DNA of 64,000 bases from an uncultured Planctomycetota bacterium (GTDB lineage: Bacteria; Planctomycetota; Planctomycetia; Isosphaerales; Isosphaeraceae), in NCBI GenBank assembly GCA_963845755.1, contig CAWJTV010000030.1, forward strand, positions 129,680-193,679. The letters run 5' to 3'. The notes under the pieces were generated by a model. That model was given only the letters and a program-made list of their open reading frames with translations. It was not told the DNA's origin and did no database searches. Each line of letters starts with the position of its first letter. Positions within the stretch are counted from its first letter, which is position 1. Shown piece after piece: positions 54,185 through 64,000 of the stretch. The position numbers and the translations under genes were made by a program.

Positions 54185-55657
54185 CTACGGCTTCCCTTCG
54201 CCCGGCTTATCACCCTTCATCAGCCCGAGCAGCTCATCGGCCACCTTGTCCGCTTCCTGCCATTTCCTGTCCTTGATGAACGCCTGGAGTTTCTGGGTCA
54301 GCGGCATCGCCTTCGCCTCCTTTCCCGATCGTTGAACCCACTCGGGGAGTTCCTTTTGAATGCGGTGCATCTTGTCCCGAAACGCTTCGCTGGAGAATCC
54401 GGTCGGAGCGATCTCGACCAAGGTTGCGTGTCGCAGGAATTTGGCGTATGCGGCCAACGCCTCGGGATTCTCGGTCGCCCGGCGGAAGAAGTTGTCGCGC
54501 ATCAGCTCGCCGCCGATGCCCCAGGAAAACACATTCACCATCACCGCGCCGTGGTTGAACATTCGCCCCAGATAGGTTTCCATCGTGGGCTCGCCGGGCA
54601 TGCTCGTCGGGGAGACGTTGACGCCCTCGGCGGAAATCCAGCCGGGACGACCGTGCTTCGCGAGAATGGCATGGATCTCCTTGAAGGTCGCCCCCTCGGG
54701 GTAGGTGGAGAATCCCGGACGATATGCGGAGCTGAAGGCCACCTCTGGCAGTGCGAAGTTGACCTTCTGTGCATACGATTCTGCGGCGTCTGCTTTGCGC
54801 AGACCCTGGTCAGTAAACGCGATGTGACAGAAGATTCTCTGATGGGGAACCCCGCCGGCACGAAGGGAATCCGCCCACAATTCCATGAACTCCTTGACGA
54901 TCTGAACGCGTTCGCGGTCCGGATCCCTGGGCGGATGGCCTTCGCTGAATCCGCGATGGCTGAGCGCTCGGTAACCCAGGGGACGGTTCGTTTCAAAATC
55001 GCGGCCGATTTGCGTCTCCCAACCCGCAATCACGCCCGCGAACAAGTGCTCCTTCCCCTGAGGTTTCAACGCCGCCAGTTCTCGCTGGATCTCCGCGCCG
55101 ATCAGCCGCGAGCGGTCTTTCACAGCGGCGATGATGGCGGGGCTGTTGAAACACATCTGGGGCGGGAACCTGGTGGGCCTGGGACCCCAGTCAGCGCGTC
55201 GGCCTGTGCTCGGCTTTTGCGTCCAGTCCGCGGTCTCGATGTTGTCGGGGTTGGACAACAAGTCCTTGCGTTCTCCCCAACCTATCGAATCATCGATGTG
55301 AAAGGCGACGGCTACATCATTTTCCAGGGCGACCGCAAAGGAATCGCGGATAAACTGGCGCGTTTCTTGATCGGACATGTCGAAGCAGAGGGGCCCTACG
55401 GCGAAACCCAGTTTGTCCCGAGTGTCTCCCGTCGCCCCGATCGTCTTGACCACCTGGCGGACGAACGCCTCCAGTTGCGCCTTGCTGAGCGCGAAGCGGC
55501 CGGGCATCGGCTGAGGGCCTGCATACCCGGGGAGGCCGGTCATGAGCTGAAAGGTCAGGTACCTGGTCTCAGCGACCTCGGGCTCCGCTGCTGAGACTTT
55601 GAAGCAGAGAGTCACTACGACGCTGAGAAGCAGGATTGAGGTCGTAAGGCGAGTCAC
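54185..55657 (-). CDS. Exported hypothetical protein, 490 aa
   Basis: Signal peptide (…KVSA-AEP), uninterrupted ORF, alternating alpha/beta pattern. Confidence 0.75.
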   Translation of the reverse strand: MTRLTTSILLLSVVVTLCFKVSAAEPEVAETRYLTFQLMTGLPGYAGPQPMPGRFALSKAQLEAFVRQVVKTIGATGDTRDKLGFAVGPLCFDMSDQETRQFIRDSFAVALENDVAVAFHIDDSIGWGERKDLLSNPDNIETADWTQKPSTGRRADWGPRPTRFPPQMCFNSPAIIAAVKDRSRLIGAEIQRELAALKPQGKEHLFAGVIAGWETQIGRDFETNRPLGYRALSHRGFSEGHPPRDPDRERVQIVKEFMELWADSLRAGGVPHQRIFCHIAFTDQGLRKADAAESYAQKVNFALPEVAFSSAYRPGFSTYPEGATFKEIHAILAKHGRPGWISAEGVNVSPTSMPGEPTMETYLGRMFNHGAVMVNVFSWGIGGELMRDNFFRRATENPEALAAYAKFLRHATLVEIAPTGFSSEAFRDKMHRIQKELPEWVQRSGKEAKAMPLTQKLQAFIKDRKWQEADKVADELLGLMKGDKPGEGKP

Positions 55658-55853
55658 GGAACGTCCTCGCTGGAAATGGGCGATCGGATCGTGAAGCCGT
55701 AGCCCTGGTTGACCGGTAGTCAGCCAGACCGGTTCTGGTTTCGTGTCCGAGGAGATACTCCGCCGATAACACGTCGGTTTCAGCTCGTCCAGGGGCTCAC
55801 GCTACTCGTTACGTGTTTCCGCCCTCATTCGGGGCCCTGGAAAGGACTTATGG

Positions 55854-56322
55854 CTACGCATTCACACCTCGGTCAACAATTGACCGAGATTATCACTCGT
55901 TCCCACGCTCGGCGTGGGAATGCCTTCTGCGACGCTCCGCGTCGTCTTCGACTTTGGATTTCGAGCGACCCGTCGGTTGTCACCGAAACCCAGGACTCCG
56001 TCTCGGCAGGGTTGCGGGCGTCGGAGGATCTCCCAGGCGTCGGATCGAAGGGGAGCCCCGCTCCACCGGCTTCTCGGAGATGTCGCTCAACTTCTGGCTC
56101 ATCATCGCGTCGGTCCCAAGGATTCTCGGAGGCCTGACTTCGAAGAGGACGACGCCGAGCGTCGCAGACGGCATTCCCACGCCGAGCGTGGGAACGAGTC
56201 ACCGCGCTCCGACGGGGTAATCGGCGGTCCCGATGCCGAATGTCACATGGGCTAGCATTGATCTTTCCAGATGCCTAAAAACCAGGCATCTTACAACTGT
56301 TGACCAGGGTGTGAACGGGTAC
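55854..56322. mobile_element. Non-autonomous element with IS66-like ends and 8-bp TSD
   Basis: ACTTATGG direct repeat at 55846-55853 and 56323-56330; imperfect TIR CTACGCATTCACACCTCGGTCAACAATTG vs revcomp GTACCCGTTCACACCCTGGTCAACAGTTG. Confidence 0.75.
55895..56199. repeat. REPIN-like palindrome (same family as 16269-16407) nested in the IS66-like shell
   Basis: ACTCGTTCCCACGCTCGGCGTGGGAATGCC...GCGACGCTC ... GAGCGTCGCAGACGGCATTCCCACGCCGAGCGTGGGAACGAGT. Confidence 0.85.
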
Positions 56323-56339
56323 ACTTATGGAGCAGTCTC

Positions 56340-57762
56340 TCAGAATTGAAAATAAATGAACTGCTGTCCGCCGAAGTTACCCCCGAGCACGATGGCGTAG
56401 AAGCACGTCGTGTAGAACATGCTGCGGACGTACCAGGGTGTGCGGGCGATCGCGTCGAGGTCATCGGCGAGGTAGAGGACCAGCTCGACCAGCAAGAGCG
56501 GAATGACCGTCACCAGGACCGGAAGCAGGTAGGCCGCCGAGGGGACCGCGGGATGGTTCACGATCGCCGCGAGCATGCCAAGGATCTGCTCGACCGAGCG
56601 GGCGCGGAAGATGAGCCAGCCCAGGCACACCAGGTGGAAAGTCACCACGATCCGCAGCGCCGTCCAGCAGGCGCGGTCGATGCGGTCGGCCGGCTGGATC
56701 CGCGCGAGCCACGGCTCGAAAGCTCGGTGCAGCACCAGGAGGAGGCCCTGATAGACGCCCCAGATGACGAACGTCCACGCGGCGCCGTGCCAGAGGCCGC
56801 CGAGGATCATGGTCAACATCAGGTTGCGATAGATCCGGAGTCGCCCGCCGCGGTTGCCTCCCAGCGAGATGTAAAGGTAATCGCGCAGCCATTGCGAGAG
56901 GCTGATGTGCCATCGGCTCCAGAAGTCCTTGGGGCTGGTCGCGAAATAGGGGAGGTTGAAGTTCAACGAGAGCTCGAAGCCCAGGCACTTGGCGATCCCT
57001 CGGGCGATGTCGGTATAGCCGGAGAAGTCGCCGTAGATCTGGAAGGCGAACGCATAGATCGCCAAGAGGGCCGAACCACCGTCGAGAGTCTGCCAGCGCC
57101 CGAAAAGTGCGTTGACCACCTCCGCCAGGTTGTCGGCGATGACGACCTTCTTGAGCAGCCCCCAGAAGATCAGGTAGACGCCTTCGTAGAACTGCTGGAG
57201 GTCAAATCGCCGGGGCGATGCCACCTGCGGCAGCAACGTCGTCGGGCCGCATGATCGGGCCGGCGACCAGGTGGGGGAAGAAGGAGACGAATGTCGCGAA
57301 TTGAACGAGGTTCCTCGTCGGTGGGATCTCGCGACGGTAGACGTCGATCACATAGCTCATCGACTGGAACGTGTAGAACGAGATCCCGATCGGCAGCACG
57401 ACTTCCAGGTGGGAGAGCGGGATCGGCAACCCCGCGCGAGTCAGGAACACCTGGAGGCTGTCGGCGAAGAAGTTGTAATACTTGAAATAGCCGAGCAGGC
57501 CCAGGTTCAAGGCCATGCTCAGGGCGACCACCCCGCGACGTCGGCGCGGATCCTCGACCCGGGCCACCCACAAGCCGCACCCGTAATCCATCACGGTCGA
57601 GAGGATCAACAGGCTGAGGAACCGGGCGTCCCACTGCGCGTAAAAATAATACGCCGCGCCCAGCAGCAGGAGATTCTGCAACCGCGGCCACCAGGCCAGC
57701 AGCCAGTAGATGGGGAACAGCGCCGCGAAGAAAAGGGCAAATGCGTAGGAATTGAAGAGCAT
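56340..57762 (-). CDS. MBOAT family O-acyltransferase (AlgI/DltB-like; frameshift near 57235)
   Basis: MLFNS, FKYYNFF, LPIGISFYTFQSMSY, FFPHLVAGPI, QIYGDFSGYTDIA, FWSRWHISLS, GLWHGA, FIYFQF. Confidence 0.92.
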
Positions 57763-57909
57763 GCCACGTCCCCGTCCCTGGAACGGTCGGCTCGAGGATT
57801 CCAGAACCCGCGCGCACCGGCCCGTCGGGCGGTCGCGGAATGAGAATCATGCCGAACCGCGACTTCCTGTCAACGGCAATCGAGGCCCGACCGAGGCCGG
57901 CAGCCGGGA

Positions 57910-58921
57910 TCAGCGAGAGGGGCGTTCCTGCTCGAAAGCGAAGATGCGCTTCCAATCCGCTTTCATGTCCACGACGGCCCAGGCCCGTTCTCTGGACTCG
58001 TCCAGTGCCTTGCTCAGGCGCCCGACGGGAGACTCCCGATCGTAGGCCCACTCGCGCCCAGCGTCGGTATGATGGACGATCAATCCGAGCCGACGACCGG
58101 GACCATCGGTCGTCCAGCGGAGCATCTCGTAATCACCGTCCGAGTTGCCGAAAGCCGCGATCGGCCGTCGACCGATGGCCTGATGGATGCCAACCGGCTT
58201 GCCGGGGCCGTCGTCGACGAAGTCGATCTCGGGGAGGCGCACGCAGAGCGGGTTGCCCATCACGCAATTCATACTTCATCTTGATCCGGCTGCCCACGAC
58301 CTGCTCGGGAGGGATGCCGTAGACTCGTTCCGACCAGGGCCGCATGAACTCGACTCCTCCACCGGAAACGATATACGTCTTGAAACCCTTGCCTCGCAAG
58401 AAGTCGAGCAACTCCCGCATCGGCTGAAAGCTCAGGTCCGTATACGGTCGCTGGAACCGGGGATGTTTGGCGGTGGTCAGCCAGTCTGTCACAGTTCGCT
58501 CGAACTCTCCGGTCGTCATCCCGGCGTGGGTCGCCGCGAGAAGTTCGAGACGATCGCGTGCGCTGCCGGCGAGCACGGCTTTGATGTTCCCTTCCAGCAC
58601 GGCCCGGAAGGCCGGCTTTTCCTGCCATTCGGGATGCCTGGCCGCCAGGACCCTGACGCGATCGAACGCGAAAGCAACCTGGTTGTAATAGGGCTGTTCC
58701 GACCAGAGCGTACCGTCGTTGTCGAAGGCCGCGATCCGCTCCCCGACGGGAACCCAATCCGTCCCGCCCTCGCGCGTCACGTCGGCGACAAAGCGGAGAA
58801 TCGCCTGCTTCACCGGCCCGTCGTTCCACGAGGGGAGCGGATCCGCCGCGGCACAGGACGACGTAGCCATCCGCGCACTCAAAGCGATTAGCGTCAGCCA
58901 GATCCGAGCGTATTGCCGCAT
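57910..58921 (-). CDS. Exported HAD family hydrolase (acid phosphatase-like; frameshift near 58235)
   Basis: DPLPSWNDG, FDNDGTLWSEQP, YIVSGGG, GPGKP, AFGNSDGD, HHTDAGREWAY. Confidence 0.88.
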
Positions 58922-59019
58922 CGAGACTTCTCTCCTGTTCGCGAGAAATGGAGGCGCGCCTCGGGTCTTCCCGGCGACCGAGGTACGTCTCTCCCGACCC
59001 GGAATCGCGTAGGTGACAT

Positions 59020-59290
59020 CTACGGACCGATCCCCTTCTTTATCCTTTCGATCGCCTGTTCGATACGGAAACCGCCGGCGCGTTGGCGGGGTGGGAACTC
59101 CTTGAATGTGGCCAGGGATTTCTCCGTGTCTCGTCTGGATCGGCCCGGATGTCGAACAATTCCGGCAGCCGAAGTGGTGTGAACCGTTCGTCCCATACGC
59201 GAAGTGGGCCGAGCACCCTTTGCTCCACGAATTCGACCTTACCAGTTCTCGGCCCGAATGGCGACGAGGTCTCCCTGGTCGTCAGCCTCT
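59020..59290 (-). pseudogene. 3' relic of an arylsulfatase gene
   Basis: DQGDLVAIRAENW/VEFVEQR..GPLRVWDERFTPLRLPELFDIRADP/LATFKEFPPRQRAGGFRIEQ resembles sulfatase C-termini; no 5' portion and an apparent internal deletion. Confidence 0.65.
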
Positions 59291-59675
59291 GAGTGCAGCG
59301 AGGTTCGCGTCCAAATTGACTGGGAATAACCCTCGCGATGACTCGGCTGCGGCGGGAACGAACTGGTCCGATTGGAATCGCCCTCCGGACCGGTCGGATT
59401 CACGACGAAGCGGTCACCCGTCGAATGGCAAGGGTGTTCAGGGATCGTCCCTTGCGGGGACCTTCAGGCGATTGGAGGATTTGCCCTGTATGCCCGGCGG
59501 GTTGCCTCTCGCGTCTGATGCGGCTCTAATGTCGAGGACCGTGCCGAATCGAGACGAGCACACGGCGATGGTGGAAGTCGCGTGCCGTTCCGATGTCACG
59601 ATCGCGCCACCACGAAGCGGGCCAGGACGGCGCGTTGTCCATAATTGAAACAGCCCGGAGAGGGGAGAATCGGAT

Positions 59676-60896
59676 TTGGAAACGACCTGCTGCATCGCAG
59701 GAGGAGGCCCCGCCGGAATGATGCTGGGCCTGTTGCTCGCGCGGGCCGGGATCGATGTCGTTGTCCTCGAAAAGCATGGAGACTTCTTGAGGGATTTCCG
59801 CGGCGATACGATTCACCCCTCTACACTCGAAATCCTGTACGAGCTTGGTCTCCTGGACGAGTTCCTCAAGCGCCCGCACCAGGAGACCCGTAGGCTAAGC
59901 GGCTATGTCGGCGATGTCGAAGTTCCTGTTGCTGACTTCACGCACCTACCCACCCATTGCAAGTTCATCGCGTTCATGCCGCAGTGGGATTTCCTCGACT
60001 TCATCTCCGATCGCGCAAAGCGCTATCCGACATTTCACCTGAAGATGCGGGCCGAGGTGACCGGGCTCCTGGAGGAGAACGGCAAGGTTGTCGGGGTGCG
60101 GGCGACGACTCCCGAAGGCCCGCTCGACGTTCGCGCCGACCTGACCGTTGGCGCAGACGGGCGACACTCCACAGTCCGGAAACAGGGTCGCCTCCAGGTG
60201 GAGGACATCGGCGCACCGATCGACGTTCTCTGGATGCGACTGTCTCGTCTCCCCACGGACCCGGATCAACCCGCCGGCCGGTTCGACCGAGGCCGGATCC
60301 TGGTGATGATCTACCGGGGCGATTACTGGCAGTGTGGGTTCGTCATTCCCAAGGGCGGGAACGAGGCCGTCCGATCTCAGGGCCTCGAAGCCTTTCGCGA
60401 GGAGATCGCGGAAATCGCCCCGTTCCTGCGGGATCGCGTCGCGGAGCTGAAGAGCTGGGACGACGTCAAGCTGCTCACGGTGACAGTCGATCGGCTTCAG
60501 GTCTGGTACCGGCCGGGGTTGCTGTGTATCGGCGACTCGGCGCATGCGATGTCGCCTGTCGGAGGGGTCGGCATCAATCTCGCGATTCAGGATGCCGTCG
60601 CGACGGCCAACCTGCTGGCCCGGCCGCTGCACGAACGGCGGCTCGTCACGGACGACCTTCGGAAAGTCCAGAGCCGCCGGGTGTTCCCGACCCGACTCAC
60701 CCAGCGCGTCCAGGTGATGGTTCAGGATCGGGTCATTGGCCGAGTCATCAGCAGTCGCGAAAAGCTCTCGCTCGCATGGCCCCTGAAGCTGCTCCGCCGA
60801 TTTCCGTTCCTACGCCGCCTGCCGGCACGGTTGATCGGTATCGGGTTCCGCCCTGAGCACGTGAAGACGACTGAATTCGTGACCCCGCCGCGTTGA
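59676..60896 (+). CDS. FAD-dependent oxidoreductase/monooxygenase
   Basis: IAGGGPAG, LEKH.DFLRDFRGDT, GADGRHS, IGDSAHAMSPVGGVGINLAIQDA. Confidence 0.9.
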   Translation: METTCCIAGGGPAGMMLGLLLARAGIDVVVLEKHGDFLRDFRGDTIHPSTLEILYELGLLDEFLKRPHQETRRLSGYVGDVEVPVADFTHLPTHCKFIAFMPQWDFLDFISDRAKRYPTFHLKMRAEVTGLLEENGKVVGVRATTPEGPLDVRADLTVGADGRHSTVRKQGRLQVEDIGAPIDVLWMRLSRLPTDPDQPAGRFDRGRILVMIYRGDYWQCGFVIPKGGNEAVRSQGLEAFREEIAEIAPFLRDRVAELKSWDDVKLLTVTVDRLQVWYRPGLLCIGDSAHAMSPVGGVGINLAIQDAVATANLLARPLHERRLVTDDLRKVQSRRVFPTRLTQRVQVMVQDRVIGRVISSREKLSLAWPLKLLRRFPFLRRLPARLIGIGFRPEHVKTTEFVTPPR

Positions 60897-60938
60897 TCGC
60901 GTGATGAGCCGAGGCGAGGTCGGCTGGGATCCTGCTCG

Positions 60939-62214
60939 TCATGGAGCGAGCGTCGGGAGGACATACGGTCCCTTGGGAATCACGGCGACCTGGGCCTGAG
61001 GGCCGTACTCCGCCAGCGAGTCGGCCAGTGCCGCCTCGACGCTCGACGCCGGCTCGACGAAGCAACCGGCCAGGACCTCCGCCGGAAGACCATCCGAGAC
61101 GATCTTCACCCGCGCCTTGCGCCGGACCTTGGCCAGCTCCTCGACTTGCCACTGGTCCATCACGAAGTAGTCCTTACCCGAGGATCCGCTCCATGAAGAC
61201 ATCGAGCGAGGAGTGATCGCGGAGGGCGGATTGGAACTCCGGACTCCCGAGGCCCTCCGTCAGGCTGGCGGCCAGGATGATCGTGCCGCCCTGTTTCACG
61301 ATGGGCAGGCAGCCGGTCAACCCCTTGACCGCCTGGTAGAAGGTTGTATCCAGGGGATAGCCGGCGGAGCTGGTCACGACGATGTCGACGGCCTGGGGCA
61401 CCTCTGCGCGGCAGATCCCTTCCATGAACCGGACGCCTTCGAGGAAGGCTTGCTCCATGTCGCCGGCCACGACCGAGGTGACCTGCCGGCTGCTATCGAG
61501 CGTGACGTTGACGATGAAATCGCAGCCGGCCATCCGGGCGATCCGGGTGTTCTCTTCATGGACGGGATTCCCGTCGAGGATCCCGCAATCCGCCCTGGGA
61601 TGTTCGAGCAGCTCGGGCCCGTGCCAGCGCCTGACGGTTTCGAGCGCGGCGACACCGGGACAGATCAGTTTGCGGCCTCCCGAGTAGCCGGCCATCAGGT
61701 GGGGCTCGATCAGGCCGGTGGTGATCTTCAGGTCAGCGAGGACATAGCGGCTGTCGATCCAGCCGGGGATCCCTCGCGGGGTCGTGCCGACGAGCGTGTG
61801 CTCCTCCAGCCGAGTCCCATGATGATCCTCGACCCGATATCGCGCCACGATCTCGGCACCGAGCATCTCCTCTTTTTCGGCGAGCGTGCTGGGACGATGC
61901 AGTCCGGTGGCGACGAGGATCAGCGTCCGCTCCTTGGGGATCCCGGCCTCCTGCAGGACTCCGAGCATGGGCCCCAGGATTGTGCGGTTGGGGACCGGCC
62001 GAGTGATGTCGCAGATCAGGATGCAGGCGTCCTTCCGTCCCTGGGCGATCTGTCGGAGCGCGGGTGTACCGATCGGCTGCTCGAGGGCGGCGGCGACGGC
62101 GCGCTCGGGATCCTCCAGCGCCGGCACGTCGCGGATGGCAAGCGGGCCGACGACCCGGTCCGCGGGGAGTTCTACCGTCAATCCTCTTCGGCCATAGTCC
62201 AGCGTCAGTCTCAT
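60939..62214 (-). CDS. larA: LarA family nickel-pincer-dependent racemase/epimerase (frameshift near 61180)
   Basis: [51 protein letters not shown]. Confidence 0.88.
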
Positions 62215-62260
62215 GGTTTTCATCGTACGGATCACTCGTCGTCGGTTTGAGATTCGTAAC

Positions 62261-62324
62261 AAGCTGTTTCAAAACGGGGACAGGCACCTCGAAGACTCGG
62301 AGCCAGTCCCCGTTTTGAAACAGC
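62261..62324. repeat. 64-bp hairpin element, copy 2
   Basis: Identical to 54078-54141; between the DUF1080 gene and larA. Confidence 0.9.
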
Positions 62325-62332
62325 CAGTAAGT

Positions 62333-63175
62333 CTACAGGGGGCGAATGCGGATATTACGATAGGCTACGGGTCCATGATCGCCCTGAAGCAGGATGGGGC
62401 CGGGACGATCGGGGCCATCAAGTCCCGATCGCGTGCAACCCTCGCCGAAGTAGCCGACATACCGCCCGTTCTCCTCGCGGAGCTTGACCCGGAGCGCCTC
62501 GGGCTTGTCGGCATTCTCTCGGTTGAGTCGCTCGAACGCCTCGCGATCGGTCTCCCCATAGCGGACGTCTCGATCCTGATAGACCGGCTTGCCGTTCCAG
62601 GTCAGCGAGAGCTTCTTCCCTTTCAGTGTGATGTCGAAGGCTTGCCAGAGTCCCGGCGGCTTCGCCAGGTTCTCGCGCGGAAAGGCTCGCTCATAGAGGG
62701 CGCCGCAGTCGTGAAAACTGAGCTCGGGTTTGCCGAAACTGTCGAAGACCTGGATTTCGAAGAGCCCGCGGTTGTAGACTCCCGAGTTGCTCCCTTTGGG
62801 AACATTGAACTCGAGGTGGAGCTGATAGTCGGAGAACGATTCGACGGTCATGATATCGGAACCGCGTCCATCATCACTACAGAGCATGACCGCATCCGTG
62901 GACCCACCTTTGCCGACCGGGACCAATCGGGCCGGATCCATCGGATCGAGCCGAACCGAGCTGCAGGCGATCCAGACTTTCTTCGCAGCCGGATTGCGAA
63001 ACGTCCAGCCCGACAGATCCTTTCCGTTGAACAAGGGTCTCCAGCCGTCCTCGGAGCGTAGACTCCGGGATGCTGGTCCATCGGACTGAGGCGACGCCCC
63101 GGCCAGCGGGCCGCCAGCCCAGGCCCATCCCAGGACCAGCACGATCACCGACCGGAGTCGGAACGATTTCACCAT
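62333..63175 (-). CDS. DUF1080 (3-keto-disaccharide hydrolase-like) exported protein
   Basis: WRPLFNGKDLSGW, FSDYQLHLEF, GSNSGVY..G.FEIQVFDS, WQAFDI, GPILLQGDHGPVAYRNI. Confidence 0.9.
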   Translation of the reverse strand: MVKSFRLRSVIVLVLGWAWAGGPLAGASPQSDGPASRSLRSEDGWRPLFNGKDLSGWTFRNPAAKKVWIACSSVRLDPMDPARLVPVGKGGSTDAVMLCSDDGRGSDIMTVESFSDYQLHLEFNVPKGSNSGVYNRGLFEIQVFDSFGKPELSFHDCGALYERAFPRENLAKPPGLWQAFDITLKGKKLSLTWNGKPVYQDRDVRYGETDREAFERLNRENADKPEALRVKLREENGRYVGYFGEGCTRSGLDGPDRPGPILLQGDHGPVAYRNIRIRPL

Positions 63176-63240
63176 GGGGGGGATGCTCCGCGTGGCGCAG
63201 GGAATGCAGGTAAGTCCGAGGAGTTCGAGGGTTGAACATC

Positions 63241-63390
63241 CTGACGCGGCCTTCGACCGCAACCCCATCGGGATTTCCGATTCGCGATTCCGGATTCCCG
63301 AAGGGGAATGATCCGGGAATCCGGAATCGCGAATCCGGAATTCGGAATCCCCAGAGGCGCCGCGGCGCAGGGAGCCTCCGGAGGACGACT
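63241..63390 (-). mobile_element. Single copy of the ~150-bp heptamer-stem element
   Basis: CTGACGCGGCCTTCGACCGCAACCCC...GGGAGCCTCCGGAGGACGACT followed by CTAA. Confidence 0.85.
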
Positions 63391-63527
63391 CTAACTTTGA
63401 GACTACCAACTTCACGAGTTTTTGTCCCGGGGGTCCTCAATGCCGGTTCCTCCGGATTTCGCCCTGTGTGACTTCGGAATCCCCCCTGAGCACCGGATCG
63501 CGACGGCACTTTTCAGGAGAGACGCTC

Positions 63528-64000
63528 ATGACCAGTCCGAGCCCCAATCGTCGAGCATTCCTCAACACCACCGCCACCGGACTCGCGGCGACCGCGCTGG
63601 CAGCAACGGCGGACGCCCAGGTCGTTGCCCAGCGGACCAATCCCGGGGGCATCCCCCTGCGCCCGTTGGGCAAGACCGGAGAGCTGGTCAGTCTCCTATG
63701 TCTCGGCGGCCACTCCAGCACGAACCGCCAGAAGCTCTCCGAAGTCCAGAGCCTGCGGCTTATCCAGCGAGCCGTCGATGAGGGGATCACCTTCATGGAT
63801 AACTGCTGGGATTACCATGACGGTGGTGCCGAGGAGTGGATGGGCAAGGCGCTGGCCGAAGGCGGGCGACGCGACAAGGTCTTCCTGATGACCAAGGTCT
63901 GCGGCCGGACCGCGAAGGAAGCCCAGTCCAACCTCGACGACAGCCTCCGCCGGCTCAAGACCGATCGGATCGATCTCTGGCAGTTCCACGAGATCGTCTA
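63528..64000 (+). CDS. Aldo/keto reductase with Tat-like signal (truncated by window edge)
   Basis: MTSPSPNRRAFL signal; RPLGKTG, GITFMDNCWDYHDG, RDKVFLMTK, SLRRLKTDRIDLWQFHE. Confidence 0.88.
   Translation, partial: MTSPSPNRRAFLNTTATGLAATALAATADAQVVAQRTNPGGIPLRPLGKTGELVSLLCLGGHSSTNRQKLSEVQSLRLIQRAVDEGITFMDNCWDYHDGGAEEWMGKALAEGGRRDKVFLMTKVCGRTAKEAQSNLDDSLRRLKTDRIDLWQFHEIV

Noticed and set aside
43658..62214. Functional link between larA and the TIGR00300 gene as a cofactor-sharing cluster
   Set aside because: 16 kb apart with unrelated genes between, and no larB/C/E in the window

Overview
High-GC bacterial chromosomal window, most likely Planctomycetota and Isosphaeraceae-like (inferred from gene content: planctomycete-type LRR proteins, DUF1080, a short CsrA, an ISKra4-type IS). 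About 50 CDS, mostly housekeeping or metabolic: 3' end of uvrC, ABC-F ATPase, MoxR-DUF58-DUF4129 operon, two-component system, sdpRI, LOG, tsaE/thiL, glycerate kinase, csrA, argC, S1-domain protein, nfo, ppk1, sixA, a split ArgZ-like arginine catabolism pair, MBOAT and larA. Many genes, including conserved housekeeping ones, are broken by single-base indels, concentrated at about 17-35 kb; these look like sequencing/assembly errors. No rRNA, tRNA or CRISPR array was seen. The most distinctive content is a layer of small non-coding mobile or palindromic DNA: (i) a ~150-bp element without terminal inverted repeats, in 6 copies, with an internal inverted-heptamer stem and a terminal hairpin, forming tandem dimers that bracket a gene in inverted orientation; (ii) a four-helix-bundle (IVS/Avd-like) gene bracketed by inverted heptamer arrays; (iii) two transposase-less IS shells (IS231-like and IS66-like ends with target duplications) that each carry the same family of REP-type palindrome; (iv) a complete ISKra4-type IS with a 9-bp TSD. 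A lower-GC ABC-ATPase + DUF4276 (TOPRIM-like) pair is a candidate defence module. Coordinates not taken from the ORF track were counted by hand and may be off by a few bases. Family assignments come from motif recognition, not database searches.
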